A stretch of 64,000 nucleotides of DNA, taken from IMG/VR virus record IMGVR_UViG_3300050029_000197, positions 1,531-65,530 of that record, one strand, 5' to 3'. Source of the DNA: a virus (taxonomy: Duplodnaviria; Caudoviricetes). Both the position numbers and the translations under genes were made by a program. Below the pieces are notes generated by a model. The model ran no database searches, was not told the origin of the DNA, and saw only the letters and a list, made by a program, of their open reading frames with translations. This document shows positions 46,942 through 56,000 of this stretch, one piece after another. Positions within the stretch are counted from its first letter, which is position 1, and the number at the start of each line of letters is the position of its first letter.

Positions 46942-47340
46942 TTACCTCGTTGCGTAGATGATGAAGCTGATGATCGACGCGGCGGCAACTACCCAGCCAA
47001 GAATGTCCGCACGTCCGAGGGACCGCCCACCCGTAATCGTCTGCTTGTCCTCGATCGCCTTGATACGCGCGTCGGTTCGAGCGGCATCATCCTTGGCGGT
47101 CGACAGGGCTTCCTGTCGGGCCTTCTCCGCCGCTGCAAACGCCGCATCAAGAGTGGTGGTCTGTGTCTTGAACCGCTCGTCAAGAAGCCGTATGTCGCCC
47201 TGGCGTGCCATCTTCTCGTACGCCTCGTGATCGGCGAATCGACGCTCCATGAACAGCTTGAAGTCGGCGATCGACTGATCGAGGCGTTCGGACAGCTGCG
47301 GAATGTTCCAGGCCGGCGGTTCACCGTTCGGTATCGCCAT
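46942..47340 (-). CDS. coiled-coil protein with C-terminal TM helix (lysis cassette)
   Basis: Follows the endolysin; C-terminal 'ILGWVVAAASIISFIIYA'. Confidence 0.6.
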   Translation of the reverse strand: MAIPNGEPPAWNIPQLSERLDQSIADFKLFMERRFADHEAYEKMARQGDIRLLDERFKTQTTTLDAAFAAAEKARQEALSTAKDDAARTDARIKAIEDKQTITGGRSLGRADILGWVVAAASIISFIIYATR

Positions 47341-47344
47341 CAGC

Positions 47345-48292
47345 TCAGGCGAGGATCGCGGTGACGTTCACCGATGGCATCGGCATCCCCGGCCGCCAGT
47401 TCGGCGCGTCGACCGTCACCACGACATGATTCCCCCGCGCCTGCGCGCGCGGGGTCGCGCCGATCGAGCCCGGCCAGTAATCGTCCGGGCTCGACGGGTC
47501 CGCCTGGTGCGGGTCCGGGCCGTGCATCGACACCTGACAGCCCGCAACCAGGCCGCCGGCGTCGTAGACGCCGAAGAACTGGCGCAACGCCTGGCCGGCC
47601 GACGAGACGTTGATGACGGCGTGCTTCGCGGTTCCCATGTCGAACGAGATCCCTCCGGTCTGCGGCACAGGTGCCGGCGACGGCTTCGGTGGTACAGGTG
47701 CGGTCGGCCGCGGGTATTGGCCCCAGTCGGCCTTCACGACCGTGTTCACGTCGTACGCGCCCGGCAGACCCGGGAGCTGCTGGCCGAAGTGCTGCACCAA
47801 CACGGTGTGCACGGTCGGCGACTGATTGCCGGGAAACGACGTCGACTCCGACTCCCACCCGAACGTGACGGCGAGCGCCTCGAGCAGCGCACCCTCGCCA
47901 TACGCTCCGCGCGCGTGGCCGCATTGCTCGTGGAAACCCTGTTCGTAGGCGACCGCCGTCGGGAAGTCGCCCGGCATGACTTCCTCGTCGAACGACGGGA
48001 ACACCGGGATCTCCGCGCCGAGGCGGAGTTCGCGCATCGCCTGCGCGGCCGAGGAACCGTCGACCATGCCGGCGCCGTGTCCGCCGCGCCAGTCGCCCGG
48101 GTTCTTCTCGAAGTTGAACCCGACCGCGATACCCGCGCCGATCAGGCCGGCGAGCTCGCCGGGCGTGATTGCTTTCGGCCAACCCCACACTGCGGGGGCG
48201 ATGTAGCGCATGACGCCGGTCACACCCGCGGCTTTGAGCGCCTGCGGGGACGGCGGCCGCCAATCCGAGTAGTCGAGAACGATGCCGGTCAC
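47345..48292 (-). CDS. endolysin, DUF1906/GH25-like glycoside hydrolase
   Basis: 'LDYS...ALKAAGVTGVMRYI...KAIT..E...GFNFE...RGAYG...DVN....DWGQ'. Confidence 0.85.
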   Translation of the reverse strand: MTGIVLDYSDWRPPSPQALKAAGVTGVMRYIAPAVWGWPKAITPGELAGLIGAGIAVGFNFEKNPGDWRGGHGAGMVDGSSAAQAMRELRLGAEIPVFPSFDEEVMPGDFPTAVAYEQGFHEQCGHARGAYGEGALLEALAVTFGWESESTSFPGNQSPTVHTVLVQHFGQQLPGLPGAYDVNTVVKADWGQYPRPTAPVPPKPSPAPVPQTGGISFDMGTAKHAVINVSSAGQALRQFFGVYDAGGLVAGCQVSMHGPDPHQADPSSPDDYWPGSIGATPRAQARGNHVVVTVDAPNWRPGMPMPSVNVTAILA

Positions 48293-48705
48293 TCGAGCGG
48301 CTCGCGCCCCGGGGGATCCACCACCTCGGCGGTTCCCGACTGCTCCTCGCCGTCTGCGCCTTGCTCGCCCACGTCCGCATTGTCGTCGGGATCGATCAGA
48401 CCGACCTCGGGCGCGAGCTCGTCGTCCGTCGCCAAGGCGCCGAACTCGGTCGACTCTTCACGCTGCACGACGAGGATCCGGATCCAGGGTGCGTGCTCGT
48501 CGGTGCGGGCTGGATGCCATTCGACGGTGATCTCGACCGGGTCGGGAACCATGCCGGGCGACAAGAGCGCCGCGACCGCCTCCTTCACCGCGTTGACGCG
48601 GGCGTCGATGTCTTCGTCGCCGACGAACAGTTCGAGGAGCTGGCCGTCGACCGAGGCTTCGAGCTCGACCGCAACACCGGGACCGGCTGAGATTGTGCGG
48701 ATCAC
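48289..48705 (-). CDS. hypothetical acidic protein
   Basis: 138 aa coupled ORF. Confidence 0.55.
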   Translation of the reverse strand: MIRTISAGPGVAVELEASVDGQLLELFVGDEDIDARVNAVKEAVAALLSPGMVPDPVEITVEWHPARTDEHAPWIRILVVQREESTEFGALATDDELAPEVGLIDPDDNADVGEQGADGEEQSGTAEVVDPPGREPLE

Positions 48706-49031
48706 GGGAGGTGCACCACGGCGACGGTCACGCTGGTGACGGCCGAGTATGCGATCGCGGCGTGTCCGGCACCGTCGGCGTACCGGCCTGAGTCGAACGG
48801 GCCGGCTTCCTCTTCGGCGCCGGCAGCGACGGTTATCACGATGTCGTGATGGAACCCTTGCGAGCAGGGCACGACCGACGTGACGGTCGCGGTGTGCGGG
48901 GCGGAGTCGCCGTTCTTGATCCGCAGGTGGCAGCCGTTGCCGGGAGCGAACGTGTCTCCCCCGCTGGCGGCGGCGGCGAACGTGACCGCGGTGCCTGCTG
49001 CGGTGACTTCTTGGGTGCTCAGGAGGGCCAT
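48702..49031 (-). CDS. hypothetical virion protein
   Basis: 'FAAAASGGDTF...LRIKNG...AGPFD...IAYSAVTSVTVAV' resembles small actinophage structural proteins; behind a class L motif. Confidence 0.6.
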   Translation of the reverse strand: MALLSTQEVTAAGTAVTFAAAASGGDTFAPGNGCHLRIKNGDSAPHTATVTSVVPCSQGFHHDIVITVAAGAEEEAGPFDSGRYADGAGHAAIAYSAVTSVTVAVVHLP

Positions 49032-49040
49032 GGGCGCATC

Positions 49041-49060
49041 AAACCACACGCATGTCGTTT
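49041..49060 (-). promoter_or_regulatory. class L promoter motif
   Basis: AAACGACATGCGTGTGGTTTGAT, 6 nt before ATG 49031. Confidence 0.75.
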
Positions 49061-49083
49061 GCGGGTGGCATAGGCAGATCGGC

Positions 49084-50097
49084 TCAGTGCCGCCAGGCTC
49101 GGATGTAGTCGACCAGTTCCTCAGCGTGCGTCGTACTCGACAACACGGTCGGCGCCCGCGACGGCCCGAGCACCACCTGATAGCTCACGATGTTCCAGGG
49201 GGCTGACGGATGACCGGCGACCGAGCACACCTTCACACCGTCCACGTACCAGGTAGTACCGGTCGGCTCGATGTCGGAGCCATAGACGTGCAGGCCCGCG
49301 GTCGGGTCGAACGGCATCGTGTAGTGGCAGCCGCCACCCGACCCTGAGTGGGAGGTGAGATACAACTGGCTGTGGTTGTCGCCGTAGAACTCGAACGTGT
49401 CCGTCTCCTGCGACGCCCCACCTTGCGCCTGCCACGTCCACAAGGCGGGCTGGACGCCTGTCAGCGGTGAGAACTGGGCGCGCGTCTCGATGTAGCCGTA
49501 TGTGAACGCTTGCTTCGACCCGAGCTGTGCCGAAGTCCAGGCCATGCCGTTCGGCGCGGTCTCACGTCGCGACTGGAACGTCGCGACCCCGTTCGCGAAA
49601 CTCATGTTCTGGCCGTCGGTCTTGTAGTCGAGCTCACCGTTCCCCGAGTTGGACCGGCCACCGTCGCAGCATTCCCAGCTACCCCACGTGTTCCACTTCG
49701 TGCGGTCGAGGGTCGTGCCGTTGAACTCGTCGCCGAACGTCTGCGTCCAGGCACCGGGAACGCCGAGGGGTGACACTCCGCCGGACACAACCGCGGTCGT
49801 GGTGGTCGGCGCGACGGTCGTGGTGGTTGCCTGCGTCGTCGTCGACGCGCTGGCTGTGGTGGTCGTCGCCAGGGCCGTTGTGCTCGTCGTCGTAGAGGCG
49901 AACGACTGTGCGCGGGCGAGATCGGCGTCCGCGGCCTGCGATTCCGTTGCTGCGTTCTGCGAATGCACGCGCGCGCTCGCGAGGCACGACGTCACGTCCG
50001 GGCACGTCGCGGTCGCCGCACCCGACGAGGTCGCGACCGCGAGGCCGACCGTGACAATGACGGCAGTCGCGAGCGCGACGAACGAACGCCGCTTCAT
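49084..50097 (-). CDS. secreted glycoside hydrolase family 16 protein
   Basis: RR-containing signal peptide, Thr-rich linker, 'W...FGDEFNG.TLD..KW', 'YGYIETR', catalytic 'ETDTFE'. Confidence 0.88.
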   Translation of the reverse strand: MKRRSFVALATAVIVTVGLAVATSSGAATATCPDVTSCLASARVHSQNAATESQAADADLARAQSFASTTTSTTALATTTTASASTTTQATTTTVAPTTTTAVVSGGVSPLGVPGAWTQTFGDEFNGTTLDRTKWNTWGSWECCDGGRSNSGNGELDYKTDGQNMSFANGVATFQSRRETAPNGMAWTSAQLGSKQAFTYGYIETRAQFSPLTGVQPALWTWQAQGGASQETDTFEFYGDNHSQLYLTSHSGSGGGCHYTMPFDPTAGLHVYGSDIEPTGTTWYVDGVKVCSVAGHPSAPWNIVSYQVVLGPSRAPTVLSSTTHAEELVDYIRAWRH

Positions 50098-50140
50098 CAG
50101 GGTGGGGGCACGATGACCGACTCTGGGCATGCCGACCACG

Positions 50141-50160
50141 AAACCACACGCGTGTCGTTT
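50141..50160 (-). promoter_or_regulatory. class L promoter motif, back-to-back with a TATGCT -10 (50169-50174, +) for the tRNA
   Basis: AAACGACACGCGTGTGGTTT. Confidence 0.7.
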
Positions 50161-50182
50161 GCAGTCGGTATGCTCCCCCGCC

Positions 50183-50257
50183 AGCAGCGTGGAGCAGTCT
50201 GGTCAGCTCGTCGGGCTCATATCCCGAAGGTCCCCGGTCCGAATCCGGGCGCTGCCA
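50183..50257 (+). tRNA. tRNA-Met(CAU), initiator type, CCA not encoded
   Basis: AGCAGCG/CGCTGCC acceptor with 1:72 mismatch, GAGC/GCTC D stem, TCGGG-CTCATAT-CCCGA with three G:C pairs, CCCGG-TCCGAAT-CCGGG T arm. Confidence 0.88.
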
Positions 50258-50258
50258 C

Positions 50259-50894
50259 TCAGATCGACCCCCACGTCGGCGCCTCCTCCCCCTTCGGGAT
50301 CGTCTCCGCGGACATCCCGCCAAGCGCCATCCGTTCCCGCAAGAACTTCATCGCGCCGGACGACGCGTCGACCTGGTCATCATGCAGGCCATCCGGGAAC
50401 AGCTCGTGCTCGTCGAGATAGTCCTGATTCCATGCGGCTTCGACGAGGTCGACGTTGCCGGCCTGCGCGGCACGGCTGAACGGCTTCGCCCGCTCGGCCT
50501 TGTTCCCATCCGGGCTTTTGCCGTCGAAGTCGAGCCCGAGGAACACACCGCGCCGCATCCCGTCGACGTCACGTTTGCCGGACGCGCCGCCTTCCTGTTC
50601 CACGCGGATCGGGACCTGCTTGCGGGTCATCTCGTCGTCGAGCTCATGACGCTCGAACATCAGCCGGTCTGTCGTCGCCGGCGTTTCCCGAAACCGTGTC
50701 ACGTTGCAGACGATCCACCGGCCCTTCACCGTGCCCGGCATCTGACCGCGCGTCACCGCGAGCAACACGCCCGCCGTGAAGTCCGGATCGTGACCGGGCT
50801 TGAGTGGCTTCGTCGCCGCGAGGTCCCAGAACCGGACGCACTCGAGATCGGCGAGGATCGGCTCGACATCCTTACGCCACGAAATGAGCGCCAT
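50259..50894 (-). CDS. terminase large subunit, C-terminal RNase H-like nuclease domain as a stand-alone gene
   Basis: 'VRFWDLAAT...DPDFTAGVL...VEQEGGASGK...GNKAERA.PF...WN..YLDE...FPDG.HDDQVDASSGA'. Confidence 0.9.
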   Translation of the reverse strand: MALISWRKDVEPILADLECVRFWDLAATKPLKPGHDPDFTAGVLLAVTRGQMPGTVKGRWIVCNVTRFRETPATTDRLMFERHELDDEMTRKQVPIRVEQEGGASGKRDVDGMRRGVFLGLDFDGKSPDGNKAERAKPFSRAAQAGNVDLVEAAWNQDYLDEHELFPDGLHDDQVDASSGAMKFLRERMALGGMSAETIPKGEEAPTWGSI

Positions 50895-50926
50895 CTACAG
50901 GTTCACGGCGAGCACTCGGCGCGCAG

Positions 50927-51394
50927 TCATGTGTCCTCGGGATGAGCTGCCAACACCGAACAAGAACGCTGGCACGAACGGCAGGTGACGCTCGCCGGAC
51001 TGGTCGTGCTCGTCACGTCCTGCGACGACCATCGCTTGCCAACGCCGCACGCATACTCACCTATCCTCCCAATCCGGAGGTGCACGCGACCGCCTCGGAG
51101 CGCGCTCACGTTGCCTTTTCGGATCTCGCGAGTGTCTTCCTTGACGAGCGAGCGCCAACCGTCGCCACGTTGCTGCGCTATCTCAAGCTCTGAGCGAAGA
51201 CGTTCCACCTCAGACATCAACGCGACGAACGTGGGCGACACCGCCTCCTCGACATAGCAACACGTCGCGTCCGCCCGGGTGTCTTTCCGTGCCTTGACGA
51301 TCGCATCGTGGATCGTCTGGTGAAGTGTGCGGTCGAGTGTTGGCGGGCTTACTGGCTCACTCACCGCGCCGTTTTCGATTTTCGGCTCAGCCAT
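50927..51394 (-). CDS. hypothetical protein with C-terminal Zn-finger-like motif
   Basis: 'VH...ACG...VTCRSC'. Confidence 0.55.
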   Translation of the reverse strand: MAEPKIENGAVSEPVSPPTLDRTLHQTIHDAIVKARKDTRADATCCYVEEAVSPTFVALMSEVERLRSELEIAQQRGDGWRSLVKEDTREIRKGNVSALRGGRVHLRIGRIGEYACGVGKRWSSQDVTSTTSPASVTCRSCQRSCSVLAAHPEDT

Positions 51395-51423
51395 TCAGTC
51401 CCCCCCAATAGACGCACGGGCGC

Positions 51424-51669
51424 TCACACTTCGATCGGCAGGCCGGACGTGTTGCGATGGCACGGCGCGTAGTCCGGCCGCCCACACGAGCAGAGCGTCG
51501 CGTTCGGCATCCGCGGGATGAACGGATGTTTCGGTTCGCCGCGCAGAGCGGTAAGCGCGTCGTCGAGCTCGCCGAGCAGTTCGCCATCGTCGTCTTTCAG
51601 CGTCTCACCGCGCGCGACCGCCTCGCGGAGGCGCGAGTGGAACGGCTCGAGCGGGTCGTCAGCTCTCAC
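51424..51669 (-). CDS. hypothetical protein
   Basis: GTG coupled to the upstream stop; 'HPF...CSCGR...H'. Confidence 0.45.
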   Translation of the reverse strand: MRADDPLEPFHSRLREAVARGETLKDDDGELLGELDDALTALRGEPKHPFIPRMPNATLCSCGRPDYAPCHRNTSGLPIEV

Positions 51670-51863
51670 GACCGGTGGGCCGCGGCGATCGCCCGGCGCG
51701 ACTGACGCACCCTCTTCGGAACGTGACCGACATGGAACGCGCCGCAGAAGCCGCATTCGTACACGCCCATCCGGTCGAAGCAGCGTCGGCGGGCGGCCTC
51801 GCGTGTCGCGTACGCGATCTTCGATTCGCATGCTTTCCAACGTTGCGCACGCTTCGAGCTCAT
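51666..51863 (-). CDS. small C3H Zn-finger phage protein
   Basis: 'CESKIAYATREAA...VYECGFCGAFHVGH'. Confidence 0.65.
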   Translation of the reverse strand: MSSKRAQRWKACESKIAYATREAARRRCFDRMGVYECGFCGAFHVGHVPKRVRQSRRAIAAAHRS

Positions 51864-52081
51864 GGCGCCTCCAGGATGCATTCGACGCGATGGTGGCCGG
51901 TCTCGTTGAGGTGTCGGACGCACGCGGCCTGGGCGGCCAGCGTCGTCGGGCCACGCGCGCACCGGAACCCGAGCCCGCGCGCGCGTGGCCCGACGACGCT
52001 GGCCGCCTTCGCTTTGGGGGCCTGACCTACCGCGGCGAGGACCTGCGCCCGATACTTCGCCGGGAGATCCTCGAGCCGCAT
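51860..52081 (-). CDS. hypothetical protein
   Basis: 73 aa; ATG 7 nt after TGGCACAG-N8-TACCGT (class M variant, 52089-52110). Confidence 0.5.
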   Translation of the reverse strand: MRLEDLPAKYRAQVLAAVGQAPKAKAASVVGPRARGLGFRCARGPTTLAAQAACVRHLNETGHHRVECILEAP

Positions 52082-52113
52082 GCTCGTGACGGTACAGGAT
52101 GCCTGTGCCAGGA

Positions 52114-52464
52114 CTACGCGGCCTCGAGCTCGAGTGCGCGCTCGAGGCGGCGGAGGAACTCGGCGTCGCGCCGATCGGCCGCCTTGACGGCGTCGGCCGC
52201 CCAGCCGAGGTCGCTCTCGCGCGGCCGGCGGATGCGCACCTCGTCGATCGTCGGCGGCATGAGCCGCCCGGCCGTACCGACAGGGTCGATGTGCTCGTGG
52301 TCTCGATTGCAGCCGGCGCAGGTCCGCTGGAGCGGCGAGAGGATCGCGAGGAACCGCTCGTAAACCTCGGCTTCGGTGTCGCCGGGAACGAGCGCGACGC
52401 GGGTGCCGTAGAACACGAGCCAGCTCTGGCGCTCCTCGTCGTCGCTCAGACCGTTCCGCTTCAT
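52114..52464 (-). CDS. hypothetical protein
   Basis: 116 aa; ATG 6 nt after TACACT. Confidence 0.55.
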   Translation of the reverse strand: MKRNGLSDDEERQSWLVFYGTRVALVPGDTEAEVYERFLAILSPLQRTCAGCNRDHEHIDPVGTAGRLMPPTIDEVRIRRPRESDLGWAADAVKAADRRDAEFLRRLERALELEAA

Positions 52465-52503
52465 GGGTTCAGTGTACCTGAACGGTGCTCCCGGGCGAAG
52501 CGT

Positions 52504-52818
52504 TCAGAGCGTCCCGGCAGGCGCGTCGATCACGGGCCGCGCTGCGATCTCCTCCGGCGTTTCCGCCATCCGCATCAGAGCCGAGACGCCAACGATCAAC
52601 AGCGGGATCGTCGCCGTGCACGCGATCAGCAGCCACATAAGGGCATGCGACGTGACGGAGCCGTTGAGCTGCTGGATCTGGACCGCGGACACGTCGAACG
52701 ACTTGCGAATCTGATCGTCCGCGTTCATTTTCTGTGTCACGGTCGTGGCGGCTGCGGCGATCCAGGCGCCGAGCGCCACAAGCGCGCTGAGTTGCAAGGC
52801 TGGGGCAGGTCGACTCAT
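52504..52818 (-). CDS. two-TM membrane protein
   Basis: Two hydrophobic segments. Confidence 0.55.
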   Translation of the reverse strand: MSRPAPALQLSALVALGAWIAAAATTVTQKMNADDQIRKSFDVSAVQIQQLNGSVTSHALMWLLIACTATIPLLIVGVSALMRMAETPEEIAARPVIDAPAGTL

Positions 52819-52902
52819 AGGGCCAGATCATGCCGTGCGGCCGGACGGTGGGCAACTGGCGGTTGGCCGACGTCCAGCGATCAGGAACTGGTGGACGTCG
52901 CG

Positions 52903-53670
52903 TCACTGCCGCGGGAGCAGCTCGGCGGCGATCGCCGTGAGACCCAGGCTGTGCTTGTGCAGCGCCTCGGCCGTCGAGGCGAGATGCTTCGCCGCCCAGG
53001 TCGGGTCCGACTGCCAGGCCCTCACCAGTCCGACGAGCGTGCCGATCCGACGCGCACCTGACAGGCGGGTGAACTCGGTGACGCTGACACCGCTCGCCTC
53101 CTCGAACGCCACCAGATCAGCGCGGAGATCAGCGACGGTCTGAGCCAGCGCGACGTCGCTGGTCGCTCCTGCGCCGTCGCGTTTGCCGCGTTCGTAGCCG
53201 TGCTGCTCCCCCGCCTCTCGCGCACGGACCAGAGCGTTCGCACCGGCGCCGGACGCGCCGCGCATGATTCCGACAGTCGTCGCCCATTCGAGCGGCGCGG
53301 CGTCGTGCTTCGCCGCCTTCACCACGACCGCGACCTTGCCCTCGTTGACCGCGAGGAGACCCCATCCGGTCGGGAGCGTCTCGCGCACCCTGTCGGCGAT
53401 CTTCACCGGCACAGCGACATGGAACCGGTCCGCGTGGTTCCACCAGAAATCGGCCTTCTCGGGATTGTTGACCTCGCGCATCCAGTCGGACACCGACACC
53501 TTGATCTCGATGGCGTCGAGCTCGTAGCCGCGGCTCTTCCACAGCGACACGACGAGGGTGTCGATCTTGCGGCCCATCCGCATCGCGTCCTCGGCGCACT
53601 CGTGTAGCACGAGGTACTCGGACGGCTTCCAGTGCCGCTCGAGCGCGTCGCGAATCTCCGCCGCGTTCAT
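52903..53670 (-). CDS. PD-(D/E)XK nuclease-like protein (MmcB-like)
   Basis: 'RKIDTLVVSLWKSRG..LDAIEIKVSVSDWMRE..NPEKA...LPTGWGLL'. Confidence 0.75.
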   Translation of the reverse strand: MNAAEIRDALERHWKPSEYLVLHECAEDAMRMGRKIDTLVVSLWKSRGYELDAIEIKVSVSDWMREVNNPEKADFWWNHADRFHVAVPVKIADRVRETLPTGWGLLAVNEGKVAVVVKAAKHDAAPLEWATTVGIMRGASGAGANALVRAREAGEQHGYERGKRDGAGATSDVALAQTVADLRADLVAFEEASGVSVTEFTRLSGARRIGTLVGLVRAWQSDPTWAAKHLASTAEALHKHSLGLTAIAAELLPRQ

Positions 53671-53897
53671 GCGAAGAGGCTCGCCTGGCCCATGGCGTCG
53701 ATGAGCCGGCACGCGTAGTACGTGACCGCCGGCCTGGCGTCGCGGAGGTCGGCGATCGACGCCGCGCGCCCGGCCCGCATGTGCATGTCGGCGCGGAGCA
53801 GCGCGTCGGCGTCCGCTTCGGTCACATGGCGCGCGCGGCAGACGCGCCGGGCCATCTCGTCACCGCTCATGTGCTCGACGCCGTACTCGACAACCAT
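53667..53897 (-). CDS. hypothetical protein
   Basis: 76 aa coupled ORF. Confidence 0.5.
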   Translation of the reverse strand: MVVEYGVEHMSGDEMARRVCRARHVTEADADALLRADMHMRAGRAASIADLRDARPAVTYYACRLIDAMGQASLFA

Positions 53898-53901
53898 CGA
53901 C

Positions 53902-54159
53902 TCAGTCGGCCGAGTCCATCGGACGGTTCGGCACCGCGGCGAGCGCGCTGGTGCCGTGCACGTCGAGCGGCTCGAAGCCGACCATGAAGTGGTCGCGCAG
54001 CGCGGGCGCTTCGGCGGGCGAGCACGCGATCTCCATCGACCCGGACCCGTCCTCCGCTTGGAGGGTCACGATCGTTGCCGGGACGAGCTGCTCCGACATC
54101 GCGGACTCGCGGGCGCCGGTAGCAAGGCTCGCGACGATCATCTTCCTGGGTTCCATCAT
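53902..54159 (-). CDS. hypothetical protein
   Basis: GAGGAG RBS, 85 aa. Confidence 0.55.
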   Translation of the reverse strand: MMEPRKMIVASLATGARESAMSEQLVPATIVTLQAEDGSGSMEIACSPAEAPALRDHFMVGFEPLDVHGTSALAAVPNRPMDSAD

Positions 54160-54166
54160 CTACTCC

Positions 54167-55876
54167 TCATCGGATCGCTTCCATCAGATCGTCACTCGCG
54201 CGCCAGCCGTCTATGAGGCCGAGAGTGCGGAGTTTCGACACGTCGTTTCGGATCGTGGACAGGGCCGGGTCGTGGCCGGTGACCGCGCACACGTCCTGCT
54301 TCGTCAGTTCCGCGGGGTAGGCGTCGACGAGGACGCGCAGCACCTTGCGCGGCCCCTCCCCCACCTCGCCGAGCCAGTAGTCGTACAGGGCCGGACCGTT
54401 CGGGAGTTGCTCGAGCTCGCGGTCGGCGGCGAACGCCACGCCCGTGTCGGTGAGTCGCCACGGCTCGCCTTGTTCCATGAGCCCGGCGGTGCGGAGGCGT
54501 GACGCGATGTTGCGGATCGTCGACTTGCGCGGGCTGTAGCCGGCTATCGCCGCGACCCACCCCTTCGGCGCGCCGCCCGGGTAGCGCGCGAGCACTGTGA
54601 GTACCCGCAGCTCCGGCTGGCCGAGCCCTTCGACCGCTACCACGCCGGCGACGGAAGACGCTCGAGCCGAGGGCGGCCGCGGCGGAGTCGCGCGCGGCGC
54701 GGCCGCCCCGGGGACCGTCGGCGTCACCTTTGAGAGCGCGTCCAGTTCGGCGACAAGCGCAGAGAGCTCGAACCGGTCGTGCTCCAGTTGCGCGATCGCA
54801 CGATCAACGAGCGCGAGCGCGACATCGCCGTTCTTGATCGCACGCGCGGGAACGGTCGGAACCTCGATCACGGTCGGCTCAGGCGCGACGTCGGACGTAT
54901 CGGCTTGCGCGGCGGTAAGCGCCTTCTCAAGCTCCCGGATGCGCGCCTGCAGTTTCTTCGGGTCCTCTCGCTCGGCCCGTTCGATCGTCTCCGCCATCGC
55001 CGCGGTCAGACGGCCAAGATCCACCTTCGCGAGCACGCGCGGATCGCGGCGCTTCTCCCCCGCCTTCGGTGTCGCGCCACTATCGAACGTCGTCACCTTG
55101 CGGAACCGGGCCCGGGTGAGGGTGTCAAGCCATGACGGCGACCACACCCACGCCTCACCAACCTGCAGCGACGCGAGGCTGTCGATCACCTCCCGCAACT
55201 GTGCGGTCGGCGCGTTGCCTTTCACCCAGTCGCTGATGACCTCCTTGTCCTGCGGGGCGGTCGTCTGCAACGCGACGAGCACCTCGATCTGCGTGAGGAC
55301 GTTCTTGTTCAGCGACGCGGAGCGTTGCGAGATCATCGTGCAGCCGATACCGCGCCCGCCGCCTCGTTTCACGAGCGTCTCGAACGCGCCGAGCTGACGG
55401 TGCGTCGAGTCGCCTTTGACTGTCTGCGGTGCGAACTCCTCCGCCTCGTCGATGACGACCATGACGACGTCGTGCTGGTGTGCCTTCGCCCGGTAGAGCT
55501 GCTCGGCAAAATCGGTCGTGAACCTGACCTGCGCGGCCTTCGACGGGAAGTCGGACAGGTCGAGGATCAGTGCGATCGGCTGCGACGCGACGAGATTCGC
55601 GATGACCTTGCCGGCGGTCTCCTCGAGTGGCAGATGGCCGCGTGGGCCGCCGAGCACGATGACCTGCTTGCCGGGCCCGTCACCTTTCTCGTTCGAGAGC
55701 AGCCCCCACCAGTCGCCCTTCGGGTCCAACACGACGACCGGGAGGCCGGCGTCGATCATCTCCTCGACGAGGACCTTCGCCGCGTTGGTCTTGCCCGCAC
55801 GTTTGCGGGCGAGGATCCCGATGGTCTGTGTAACCGCGTCCTCGGGGAACTCGAGCCCCGGGCCGAGCTTGAGCAT
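54167..55876 (-). CDS. HerA/FtsK-superfamily ATPase (DUF87-like) with C-terminal wHTH repeats
   Basis: Walker A variant 'ARKRAGKT', 'VLDPKGDWWG', Walker B 'VVIDEAEEFAPQ', 'ISQRSA.LNK.VLTQ'. Confidence 0.85.
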   Translation of the reverse strand: MLKLGPGLEFPEDAVTQTIGILARKRAGKTNAAKVLVEEMIDAGLPVVVLDPKGDWWGLLSNEKGDGPGKQVIVLGGPRGHLPLEETAGKVIANLVASQPIALILDLSDFPSKAAQVRFTTDFAEQLYRAKAHQHDVVMVVIDEAEEFAPQTVKGDSTHRQLGAFETLVKRGGGRGIGCTMISQRSASLNKNVLTQIEVLVALQTTAPQDKEVISDWVKGNAPTAQLREVIDSLASLQVGEAWVWSPSWLDTLTRARFRKVTTFDSGATPKAGEKRRDPRVLAKVDLGRLTAAMAETIERAEREDPKKLQARIRELEKALTAAQADTSDVAPEPTVIEVPTVPARAIKNGDVALALVDRAIAQLEHDRFELSALVAELDALSKVTPTVPGAAAPRATPPRPPSARASSVAGVVAVEGLGQPELRVLTVLARYPGGAPKGWVAAIAGYSPRKSTIRNIASRLRTAGLMEQGEPWRLTDTGVAFAADRELEQLPNGPALYDYWLGEVGEGPRKVLRVLVDAYPAELTKQDVCAVTGHDPALSTIRNDVSKLRTLGLIDGWRASDDLMEAIR

Positions 55877-56000
55877 CAGCCAACCAGCTCCAGCAGCGCG
55901 CGCGCGTCGCGCTGCGCCTGGTAGAAGCGGTCGAGCTCCGCGCCGAACAGTCGCGCCGGCGGACGCGCGGTCGCGAGCGCGCGGAGGAGCGGGTAGCCGT

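Noticed and set aside
50183-50257. tRNA-Met as a host integration site marking a prophage boundary
   Set aside because: Phage genes and the same promoter motifs continue on both sides, and I saw no duplicated tRNA 3' fragment
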